Shown here: positions 1 to 7,351 of the stretch, one piece after another
Numbering within the stretch: position 1 is the stretch's first letter
Layout of the letters: each line of letters opens with the position of its first letter
Assembly (NCBI GenBank): GCA_964568755.1
Contig: CAZMRX010000003.1
Location: forward strand, 1-44,758
Source of the DNA: an uncultured Acidobacteriota bacterium
GTDB taxonomy: Bacteria > Acidobacteriota > Vicinamibacteria > Fen-336
Direction: 5' to 3'
Length of the DNA stretch: 44,758 nt
The notes under the pieces: model-generated
Seen by the model: only the letters and a program-made list of their open reading frames with translations
Database searches by the model: none
What the model was told of the DNA's origin: nothing
Made by a program: the position numbers and the translations under genes

Positions 1-18
1 GGTCGTCTTGCTCGTCGC

Positions 19-360
19 TCATTTGGACACCTCGGCCGTCTTCGGCAGCTTCGTGTCCAGCGCCTCCGCGTCGGTCGAGGAGAGCACCGCCTCTGCCGCG
101 TCCGACTCGTACCGCACCGTGAAGTCGAAGGGGTCCGTAGCGTCGGCCTTCACGACGCCGCCCCACATCGGGCCACAGAAGCCCGTGAACATCGGGTGCC
201 CCTTGAGGTCGGCGCGGATCCCACGCTGCTCGCACGCTCCCAGGTTGCGCGCGCACAGGGCCGCCATGCGTTGGATCAGTGCTTCCTTCGAGAAGCAGTA
301 GGCCACGCGCAGCTCACCGCTCTCCGTCACCGTGACCACCTCGTACCGCACCTTCGCCAT
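19..360 (-). CDS. Hypothetical protein (113 aa), first gene of the leftward block
   Basis: ORF-track ORF that begins directly at the divergent spacer. Once the ends are joined, its stop overlaps (ATGA) the ATG of the 44114-44725 gene. Its last ~18 aa (TDAEAL..TKLPKTAEVSK) are repeated at the C-terminus of the pentapeptide-repeat protein. Confidence 0.7.
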   Translation of the reverse strand: MAKVRYEVVTVTESGELRVAYCFSKEALIQRMAALCARNLGACEQRGIRADLKGHPMFTGFCGPMWGGVVKADATDPFDFTVRYESDAAEAVLSSTDAEALDTKLPKTAEVSK

Positions 361-511
361 CGCTCACCTCCCGGTTGTTGTTGTTGAGAAGATTCAAGGC
401 CGGGCACGCGCCCGACCCCCCCCGCACACTAGCCCAAGACCTCAACTAAAGGGAAGAGAAAATCCGTAGAAAAGATGTCGAAGGAATGGAGGAAGAGGTA
501 GACGGTCCTCC
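361..511. promoter_or_regulatory. Divergent intergenic control region between the two strand blocks
   Basis: A 150-nt spacer lies between oppositely oriented first genes. It is visibly lower in G+C than its surroundings (e.g. ctcaactaaagggaagagaaaatccgtagaaaagatg). It contains a C8 tract at 416-423 and a GGAGGA..TCCTCC inverted repeat just upstream of ATG 512. I could not assign specific -35/-10 hexamers. Confidence 0.5.
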
Positions 512-1012
512 ATGCAAGAAGGCTACTCCGAGGTCTCGACGCTCGCCTGGGTGAATCGGCCGATCCTGGGGCGTAGGTGCAACCGCCACGGCAGCGCGCT
601 GCTCGGCGTGGCCGAGATCCTGCGGGCCGAAAGCCTGCCCTGCGTGGAGTGCTGGCGAGCCGAGGGCAACGGCGCTTCCCTGCGCGTGCCGGTCCCCGAG
701 CCGCCACGGTGCAGCAGCGCCGATCCGCTCTGCTGGCCTCAAGTCGAGATCCCGATCCTCGAGCTGATGGCCTTCGAGGTCTTGTGGGCCGCGTTCGACG
801 GGGCCTCATTCATCGACCGAGCCGGCCGCCCCTTCATCCAGCAATTCCGCGAGGTCCAAGCCGACGGCTTCGCCTGGGCGTGGAGGGTGAGGCCCTACCA
901 GGGCAGCTACGACGACTGCGAGCGCTGGGTGCGCCAGCTCTGCGTGGAGCTCGGCGAGGACCTGTTCGTTCCCCGCGCGCGCGCCCTTGCGCCGGCCGCG
1001 CCAGAGGGGTAG
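512..1012 (+). CDS. Hypothetical protein (166 aa)
   Basis: ATG-initiated ORF with almost every third codon position G/C when read by eye and normal amino-acid composition (several Cys and Trp). The overlapping 577.. frame is Arg/Pro-rich junk here. Confidence 0.7.
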   Translation: MQEGYSEVSTLAWVNRPILGRRCNRHGSALLGVAEILRAESLPCVECWRAEGNGASLRVPVPEPPRCSSADPLCWPQVEIPILELMAFEVLWAAFDGASFIDRAGRPFIQQFREVQADGFAWAWRVRPYQGSYDDCERWVRQLCVELGEDLFVPRARALAPAAPEG

Positions 1013-1047
1013 ACCAGGGCCCAGGTAGCCCCTGCCCGAGGATCCCC

Positions 1048-2421
1048 TTGGGCGATCAAGACCGAGAAGCCACCCTCCCCATCGACCCGGAGCTCGACTC
1101 CAACGCCCGCGCCGCCGCCGTGGACGGCACCGGGGCGCCAGCTCGAGCCGGCGCAGGCACCCAGGCCCCGAGTCGAGACGACGACGACGCCCTGGCCGAG
1201 ATCGAGGCCCGGCACGGGAAGCCGAAGAGCACCAGCGCCTCCGGGAAGAAGGGCTCCTCGAACGCGCGCTCGAGCGCGGCGCGCCCCGCGCCCGCACGCC
1301 GCAACCCCTTGGACGACAACAAGCCGGTCGTCTGGTCGCGCGAGGACCGCGCCAGCGGGAACGTCATCAAGAAGCCGGGCGAGCCGCGCACGCGCGAGAA
1401 GCGCCCCAACGCGCGCCAGGGCGCGAACGGGCGCTTCCTGCCGGGCGAGTCGGGCGCCGAACGCGAGTTCAACGAGGAGCCGGAGGAGGAGCTGGACGAG
1501 CTCGAGGGCGCGGACGCCGACGAAGGCGACGACGACCAGGGCGAGCAGCAAGAACACCGCGGACGCGAAGGCGCCCGCGGGGACCGTGACGAAGCACTCG
1601 CGCGCGACCTACTCGTCGCCCGTCGAGCTCTGCGTCGTGACGGGTGGTCGGAAGAGGACCTCGACGGTACGAGCGAACAGACCATCGTTCGGGTGGGACT
1701 GCACCGCGCTCGCAACCAGCAGGACCTTGACCGCAAGTTCGCGGACCGCAACCGAGACCGAGAGCGAGGTCTCTTCACCGCCACACGGAAGGACTCGCGC
1801 GCACCAGACACGCGCGACGAGCACACCGACCGGGACAACGGCGCAGGTGGAGACGACCTACAAGAGCTCGAGGCCGTACTCGGCGAGGCACACCTCGACG
1901 AGGAGCTTGGAAGGAAGGCCGCGAAGGCCGTGTCGGGCTACGTCTCGAAGCTGCTCGAGCAGCGCGCCGGAAGCGAGAGCTCCGTCGTGCTCGAGCAACT
2001 GATGGACGAGCGCGAGCGGTCGAAGCTCGGGGAGCGGTTCCCCGCGCTCATGCGCGATGGACGGCTTTGGGATGATGTCTCGGCACTCGCCGAGGGTCTC
2101 TATCAGGACGGCGTGAAGCGAGGCCACTACAGTCGTGGCCTCGCGGGCATCGACGCTGCGTTTGAGGACGCGGCGCGGGTTAAGCTCGGCGACCCCGAGC
2201 GAGCCGCAGAGCGGCGCAACGGGAGGAAGGCGGTTCACGCGGCACGCGAGAACGGATCGCCCACCACGCCCCGCGCGCACCGCGAGCAGCGCTTCGCGTC
2301 CGTGAAGACACGAGAGGAGCTGGACGACCTCTGGCTCTCCGCTCGAGAGCGTGGCGACAAGGAAGCCATGCAAGAGATCCAGGCGATGTACGAGAACCCG
2401 AGGCTGGCCGTCTTCAAGTAG
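1048..2421 (+). CDS. Scaffolding-like protein (about 457 aa; start uncertain)
   Basis: This is the 3' part of ORF 577-2421. The product is highly charged and helix-prone (DDD/EEE runs, many R/K/E), and the gene lies immediately upstream of the capsid gene. The proposed TTG at 1048 is preceded by GAGGA (1038-1042). The part of the track ORF upstream of ~1012 overlaps a better-coding frame. Confidence 0.5.
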   Translation: MGDQDREATLPIDPELDSNARAAAVDGTGAPARAGAGTQAPSRDDDDALAEIEARHGKPKSTSASGKKGSSNARSSAARPAPARRNPLDDNKPVVWSREDRASGNVIKKPGEPRTREKRPNARQGANGRFLPGESGAEREFNEEPEEELDELEGADADEGDDDQGEQQEHRGREGARGDRDEALARDLLVARRALRRDGWSEEDLDGTSEQTIVRVGLHRARNQQDLDRKFADRNRDRERGLFTATRKDSRAPDTRDEHTDRDNGAGGDDLQELEAVLGEAHLDEELGRKAAKAVSGYVSKLLEQRAGSESSVVLEQLMDERERSKLGERFPALMRDGRLWDDVSALAEGLYQDGVKRGHYSRGLAGIDAAFEDAARVKLGDPERAAERRNGRKAVHAARENGSPTTPRAHREQRFASVKTREELDDLWLSARERGDKEAMQEIQAMYENPRLAVFK

Positions 2422-2460
2422 TCCAAGCCACAGCGCGCCACTGGCGCGCGGAGTCCTCAC

Positions 2461-3651
2461 GTGTCTGGCAGCTCAATCGATGTCTTCACCGATTACATGG
2501 TGTCAACGGGGCCGTCGTTCCTGACGGGGCCCGAGGACATCGTGAATGATGCGGTGAAGACGACCTACACCCTGCCCCGCTTCATCTTCGGCAAGTCGAT
2601 GCGCGAGATGATCCAGGGCGGCAACAGCATCAAGGACAACATCTTCCTCGGTGCGGACAGCAACTCGGCCAACTACAAGCCGAACGCGGAGTTCAATTAC
2701 AGAAACCCGCAGGTGCTCACCCAGTGGAGCATCCCGTGGCGCTACACCAAGGACGAGATGGTGTGGACCGACCACGAGATCGGTCTCAACACGGGCGAAA
2801 TGAGCGACGGTGCCCGGCACCACAAGTTCAAGACGCTCAAGTACTCCAAGGAGCAAAACCTCTACACGGGGTTGATGCAATTCTTGGATGACCAATTCTG
2901 GGCGCAGCCGGACGTGGTGGAGATGGAAGCGTCGGACGGCGAAAAGCCGTACACCCTCGCGGCCTTCATCACGCAGGCCGGTTCCGGATCTCCTCCGACC
3001 GCCGGCTCGACGGGCATCGCCCCGCTCGACGGATTCGGTGGTGCGTGGAGCACGGTCATGGGGATCAACCCCACCACGAAGGTCGCCTGGCGCAACGCCG
3101 TGGAGCCCTACGACGGCATCGGACTCGCGTCGGCGGGCGGCGTCGTGGCCCACATCTTCGTGGCCATGTCGCGCATGTACTACCGGCTGCGGTTCGACCG
3201 CCTGCCCCGCCAGCCGCAGTACAGCGACCCGACGAGCGTGCCCACGTTCATCCCCTGCTCGCTGAACGGCATCTCGAAGTTTGAGGCCGCCCTGCGGATG
3301 AACCAGGACACCTTCGTGGCCGCGGGTCGCCAGGACCCGGCCTTCGACGGGCCGCAGTTCCGCGGCATCGAGCTCGTGTACGTGTCCGACCTGGACACCG
3401 CCGCGCTCTACAACAACACCGGCACGCCGGCCGCTGAGGCTGGCGCTGCGCAGATCGGCGCGCGCTTCTGGTTCGTCAACGGCCAGTACGTGCTCAAGGT
3501 CATCCACCGCGACCGCTTCTTCTACAAGAAGCCGCCGTTCTCGCCGTCGAAGCAGCCCTACACCCACATCATGATCGTGGACATCTGGCACAACAACGTG
3601 TGCCGGTCGCGCCGCCGTCACGGGATCGTGGCTCCCTCGGTCAACCTCTAG
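2461..3651 (+). CDS. Major capsid protein (396 aa), putative
   Basis: GTG start preceded by GGAG and a small GCGCGCC-act-GGCGCGC hairpin (2433-2449). The call rests on position (after the scaffold-like gene, before the decoration-like genes), size and non-biased composition. Position-based call; no fold-level evidence is available by eye. Confidence 0.65.
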   Translation: MSGSSIDVFTDYMVSTGPSFLTGPEDIVNDAVKTTYTLPRFIFGKSMREMIQGGNSIKDNIFLGADSNSANYKPNAEFNYRNPQVLTQWSIPWRYTKDEMVWTDHEIGLNTGEMSDGARHHKFKTLKYSKEQNLYTGLMQFLDDQFWAQPDVVEMEASDGEKPYTLAAFITQAGSGSPPTAGSTGIAPLDGFGGAWSTVMGINPTTKVAWRNAVEPYDGIGLASAGGVVAHIFVAMSRMYYRLRFDRLPRQPQYSDPTSVPTFIPCSLNGISKFEAALRMNQDTFVAAGRQDPAFDGPQFRGIELVYVSDLDTAALYNNTGTPAAEAGAAQIGARFWFVNGQYVLKVIHRDRFFYKKPPFSPSKQPYTHIMIVDIWHNNVCRSRRRHGIVAPSVNL

Positions 3652-3663
3652 GAAGGCACACCC

Positions 3664-4170
3664 ATGAGCTCCGGTACTGGTCCCTTCGCTGTTGGCCCCC
3701 TCGGTCTCCAAGAGGGTGGCACGGCCAAGTTTGCCATCAAGAACGTCACCGCGGTGACGCAAACAATTGGGCGCGTGGTCCAGCTGGACCTCGCGCTCGT
3801 GGACGCCGACACCACCTCCCTGCGGTTCGGTGTCCTCGGCTCGGGCTACAACCACTCGGTCCTTCCTCAGGCGGGCGCGGCCGGCGTCACCGGCCGCATG
3901 TCCATCTTCGGTGTCGTGGTGGACGCCGCGATCGTCGCGGGCGACACCGGCAAGGTCCTTCTCATGGGCAAGGTGAAGGCGCTCGCGCTCGACAGCGGAG
4001 CTGGCAACGCCTGGATCCGTGGCGAGGAAGCCATCGTTACCACGGCTGGAGTCGCGGACTTCAACCAGGTGGCGGGCCGCGTGGTCGCGCGCGCGGAGCA
4101 GGCCGCGACCTCGGCCGTCGAGGTCCTCACTGACGTGTGGTTCAACGGCCTCTGGCCGGCGACCCGGTAA
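3664..4170 (+). CDS. Capsid decoration/cement-like protein, paralog 1 of 4 (168 aa)
   Basis: Shares three elements with the next three ~165-aa ORFs: an N-terminal P-x-L-G motif at residues ~10-14, a central G-rich beta-type segment and a C-terminal F-N-G-L-[WF] motif (here VWFNGLWPATR). The architecture is reminiscent of DUF2190-type head decoration proteins (from memory, not searched). Confidence 0.6.
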   Translation: MSSGTGPFAVGPLGLQEGGTAKFAIKNVTAVTQTIGRVVQLDLALVDADTTSLRFGVLGSGYNHSVLPQAGAAGVTGRMSIFGVVVDAAIVAGDTGKVLLMGKVKALALDSGAGNAWIRGEEAIVTTAGVADFNQVAGRVVARAEQAATSAVEVLTDVWFNGLWPATR

Positions 4171-4177
4171 ATCCCCA

Positions 4178-4228
4178 GCACCCGCGCTCCGTCGGCGTTC
4201 AGTGGCTTTGCCGGCGGGGCGCGTGTGC
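4178..4228 (+). terminator. Long imperfect stem-loop after the capsid/decoration genes (possible terminator or RNA-stability element)
   Basis: gcacccgcgctccgtcgg (4178-4195) pairs with ccggcggggcgcgtgtgc (4211-4228): 18 positions with 1 mismatch and 2 G-U pairs. It is followed by a pyrimidine-rich tract, not a clean U-run. Confidence 0.3.
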
Positions 4229-4249
4229 CCTTCCCCTCTCCCTATCTCC

Positions 4250-4447
4250 ATGCCTCACGACAAGAACGGGAACGAGCTCCAGGTTGGAGACCTCGTGACC
4301 CTCACGCTGGAGGTCCGCGCCGTCCACATGACCGAGGACGCCTGCAACATCGACGCGCTCGCCGTCTCACCCTCGCGCGGCATCTACGCGCCACTCGTGA
4401 GCTGCAACTCGTCGCTCTTCTCGAAGGTCTCGAAGGTCGCGGACTAG
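4250..4447 (+). CDS. Small hypothetical protein (65 aa)
   Basis: The ATG at 4250 lies inside track ORF 4019-4447. From this ATG onward third positions are almost all G/C and composition is normal (MPHDKNGNELQVGDLV...). No clear SD. Confidence 0.55.
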   Translation: MPHDKNGNELQVGDLVTLTLEVRAVHMTEDACNIDALAVSPSRGIYAPLVSCNSSLFSKVSKVAD

Positions 4448-4460
4448 GAGCGCGCGCCCG

Positions 4461-4961
4461 GTGTCCGACTTCGTTGCCACGACCTCGCCCGGCCTGGGCT
4501 TCCAGATCACGAACCGGCCCATCCGCGTGCGCAACGTGGGAGGCACGAGCCGCGTCAAAGGGTCGGTGCTGACGTTCCTGGCCACGAGCGCCGCGGGTCA
4601 CGCCAACCCGCCGAACTTCAAGTTCGGCGACCCGGACAGCGCCTACGTGCTCGTGGGCGGACCGCCCACGGCGACCTTCTCGGACGGCTTCGGGATCGTC
4701 TGCTGTCTCGACTCGACCGTCGAGAACCAGGCCGAGGGCAAAGCCTGGCTCTGGCATCCCGAGCTCTTGGTGCTGGTCGATGGGCCGACGACCATCGGGC
4801 AGCCCCTCACCCTCACCACCACGAACAACTCGGGCGCGCTCGACGCGACGCCCACCTCGGGCGCGCGCGTCGCCGGCATCGCGCACCAGGCCGTCGGCGG
4901 GCTCGGGCTCTGCCTGGCCTCGTTCTTCGGCGTGCTCGGCATCGGCAAAGGAGGTCCCTGA
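4461..4961 (+). CDS. Decoration-like protein, paralog 2 of 4 (166 aa)
   Basis: GTG start with AGGAG upstream. N-terminal SPGLG motif and C-terminal SFFGVLGIGKG motif align with the other family members. Confidence 0.65.
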   Translation: MSDFVATTSPGLGFQITNRPIRVRNVGGTSRVKGSVLTFLATSAAGHANPPNFKFGDPDSAYVLVGGPPTATFSDGFGIVCCLDSTVENQAEGKAWLWHPELLVLVDGPTTIGQPLTLTTTNNSGALDATPTSGARVAGIAHQAVGGLGLCLASFFGVLGIGKGGP

Positions 4962-5455
4962 TGGGCGGCGTCTTCCCGGACACCTTCCCGCACCTCGGCA
5001 TCGCGTTCTCCGAGCCGAAGGCCGTGCGCGTGGTCAACCGCACGGGCGGCACGCGGATTCGCGGCGAGATGGGCATGTTCGACATCCGCCAGACCGTAGC
5101 GACGACCTGGCGCCCAGGTCGCGCGGACAGCGTGCTCTCCACGCTCGTGCTCCCCACCGTGGCCGAAGACGGCTGGGCCATCCTGGCGATCTTCGACGAG
5201 ACCGTGCCGAACGGCAGCGAGGGCCGCGCCTGGATCCACAACCCCGAGGCGCCGATCCTCTACGAGGCGGGGCAGGACCCGACCACGCCCGGCCAGTCCC
5301 TCGGGTACAACAACCTCGTGCCCCGCATGGACGGCACGGGCACCGCCGCGGCGGCCAAGGTGTGGGGCATCGCCATTGACAGCTTGGGCAACAAGCCGGC
5401 GGGGTCCATCATGCGCGCCTTGTTCAACGGCCTCTTCGGATGGGGGAAGGGATGA
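4961..5455 (+). CDS. Decoration-like protein, paralog 3 of 4 (164 aa)
   Basis: Start overlaps the previous stop (TGATG). Motifs: FPHLGIAF...AVRVVNRTGG...ALFNGLFGWGKG. Confidence 0.7.
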   Translation: MGGVFPDTFPHLGIAFSEPKAVRVVNRTGGTRIRGEMGMFDIRQTVATTWRPGRADSVLSTLVLPTVAEDGWAILAIFDETVPNGSEGRAWIHNPEAPILYEAGQDPTTPGQSLGYNNLVPRMDGTGTAAAAKVWGIAIDSLGNKPAGSIMRALFNGLFGWGKG

Positions 5456-5970
5456 GCTCCTGGATCAAGAGCACCCTGCCGCACCTGGGTCTCGACTTCG
5501 AGCTCAAGGCCGTGCGCGTCATCAACCGCGAGGCGGCCCTGCGCCCGCGCGCGAGCGTGATGCAGTTCGACACCTTCCGCAAGTCGCCAGCCACGACCAC
5601 GGTTCACCACGGTGGGCGCGACTCCTGCTGGGTGAACGTCGTCGATCCAGACTTCCAGGCCGCGGGCAACCTCGGCGGCCAGGCGTTCGCACTGCTCTGC
5701 GCGCTGCTCGAGGACATCCCGCCGGGCCAGGACGGCATGGCGATGATGTGGGGCCTGGACGTGCTCGTGCTCTCGACCGCGGACGTGATCGTCGCGGGCG
5801 ACCTGGGCGCCATCAACTCGAACCTGTCCAACGCCCTCGAGTTCTCTAGCGGCGCCACCACGCTCAACGCCGCGTCGAAGGGCGTGGCCATCGCGCAGGT
5901 AGGTCACGCGACCGGAGGCGTGGCGATCCCGTGCCTGTTCAACGGCTTTCACTTCTGGGCCAAGGTGTGA
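5452..5970 (+). CDS. Decoration-like protein, paralog 4 of 4 (172 aa)
   Basis: I chose ATG 5452 (ATGA overlap with the previous stop) rather than track start 5440. With 5452, LPHLGLDF...AVRVINREA aligns residue-for-residue with paralog 3. The product ends CLFNGFHFWAKV. Confidence 0.7.
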   Translation: MSSWIKSTLPHLGLDFELKAVRVINREAALRPRASVMQFDTFRKSPATTTVHHGGRDSCWVNVVDPDFQAAGNLGGQAFALLCALLEDIPPGQDGMAMMWGLDVLVLSTADVIVAGDLGAINSNLSNALEFSSGATTLNAASKGVAIAQVGHATGGVAIPCLFNGFHFWAKV

Positions 5971-5974
5971 CGCC

Positions 5975-7351
5975 GTGGCCCTCTCGCTCGCACGCATAGC
6001 GGCGCGCATCCGAAAGAGCCTCGGCGGCCAACCGGAGAGCTCGCTGCCGGACATCGTGAACCCGGCCGGCGAGTTCCTCGTGGCGCTGCACCCATGGGGC
6101 TGGCTCGAGCGCCAGCAGGTCGCGCTGGACTTCGTGAAGAACCAGCCCTTCGTGCGCCTGCCCTTCTTCTTCCCGCGCGAGCTGCGCCACGTCACGAGCT
6201 GGCGCTGCTCGAGCAGGAACCGCAGCTTCGCGCCGGGGACGGCCCAGGAGCTCCTCGACGTGCGCTCGGACGAGCCGCCGGCCGGGGCCTTCCGCGTGGT
6301 CGGCGCGATTGCCTTCCAGCGCCCGACGCACCCGAACCTGCTGCTGCGCACAGAGAGCCTGCACGAGGGCGCGCCCACGGGGCCGGTCTGGCTCACGACC
6401 GGGACCATCTCGGTGGCAATCGCCTCGGGCGCGAGCGATCCCCTGCACCCCGTCACGGGCGAGAAGGGCGTGGCGAAGCTGACCGCTTCATCGGGCGGCA
6501 ACTTCTTCCAGGACGTGCCCGCGGCGCGGCTCAAGGACAAGGGCGTCTACTGGCTGAGCGGCTACCTGCGCGCCGACGGCGCGGCCGGGCCGACCCGCAG
6601 CACGGTGCAGCTCGCGGTGCCCGGCTCGGGCACGCTGCGCACTTGTGCGAACATCGTATGGGGAGCCGTCCCGACCATCGTGGCGCGCGTGTCCGCGCCC
6701 GTGAGCGCGGGCGCCGGGCTTCACACCGTCTCGCTTACCCGGCTGCAGGACGGCTGGGTGCGCTTCGCGCTGGCCGTCACGCGGGACATGGTGGTGGACG
6801 CCGGGGTTCTGCGCGTGATCGTGCAGCCCGTGGACCCGGACCTGGCCGAGGTCGCCAAGATCGTCTACGTGACCGGGCTCCAGCTCGAGCTCATCGATCC
6901 CTACTTCCCCGGCGCCCCGGCGCCGGACGGGCCGGGCCCCTACCGGGCGACCATCTCGGACGAGTACCCCTCGGGTGGGGCGCCCGTGCCCGTGCTCGAG
7001 ATCGCGCCCGTGCCCGTGGCCGACGAGCCGGCGGCCCTGGTGGCGACCTTCGCCGGGGGCTGGCCCTACATCGACAACGACTCGGACCAGGTTTCCATCC
7101 CGGACTACCTGAACGGGTACTTCCTCGAGCTCTGCGTCGAGTGGGCCCGCGGGCTCGAGGAGCAAGACCGGGAGCCGCTCTCCGTGCGCCTGGCGAGCCG
7201 CATGGCGCAGGGCAACCCGATGCTCGAGGCGGCCATCATGCGCGACCTGGAGCTTCAGCCCGAGCTCGGGCCGCTGCGCAACGGCGCGATCTACACCCAG
7301 GACGCCTACTCCCACGACTGGGAGTCGGGCTCGAGCGTGGCGGGACCATGA
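5975..7351 (+). CDS. Head-tail adaptor / tail tubular protein A-like (458 aa), putative
   Basis: Occupies the gp11 position of the T7-type order (after the capsid genes, before a very large tail protein). GTG start 4 nt after the previous stop. Carries an internal beta-sandwich-like insertion (next feature). Confidence 0.4.
   Translation: MALSLARIAARIRKSLGGQPESSLPDIVNPAGEFLVALHPWGWLERQQVALDFVKNQPFVRLPFFFPRELRHVTSWRCSSRNRSFAPGTAQELLDVRSDEPPAGAFRVVGAIAFQRPTHPNLLLRTESLHEGAPTGPVWLTTGTISVAIASGASDPLHPVTGEKGVAKLTASSGGNFFQDVPAARLKDKGVYWLSGYLRADGAAGPTRSTVQLAVPGSGTLRTCANIVWGAVPTIVARVSAPVSAGAGLHTVSLTRLQDGWVRFALAVTRDMVVDAGVLRVIVQPVDPDLAEVAKIVYVTGLQLELIDPYFPGAPAPDGPGPYRATISDEYPSGGAPVPVLEIAPVPVADEPAALVATFAGGWPYIDNDSDQVSIPDYLNGYFLELCVEWARGLEEQDREPLSVRLASRMAQGNPMLEAAIMRDLELQPELGPLRNGAIYTQDAYSHDWESGSSVAGP
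6500..6889 (+). other. Jelly-roll / carbohydrate-binding-module-like insertion inside the adaptor-like protein (approximate bounds)
   Basis: The segment NFFQDVPAARLKDKGVYWLSGYLRADG...HTVSLTRLQDGWVRFALAVT...IVYVTGLQLE shows the alternating-strand pattern typical of CBM/galactose-binding-like domains. By eye only. Confidence 0.3.

Noticed and set aside
577-1047. 5' extensions of track ORFs: 577-2421, 6094-11229, 4019-4447, 22448-22870, 34685-36430, 35851-36795, 40627-41634, 40223-40822, 31107-32138 and 43686-44360.
   Set aside because: The extended parts are Arg/Pro-rich, overlap a better-coding neighbouring gene, and end exactly where an ATG/GTG overlapping the neighbour's stop gives a sensible protein. 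I therefore trimmed the starts.
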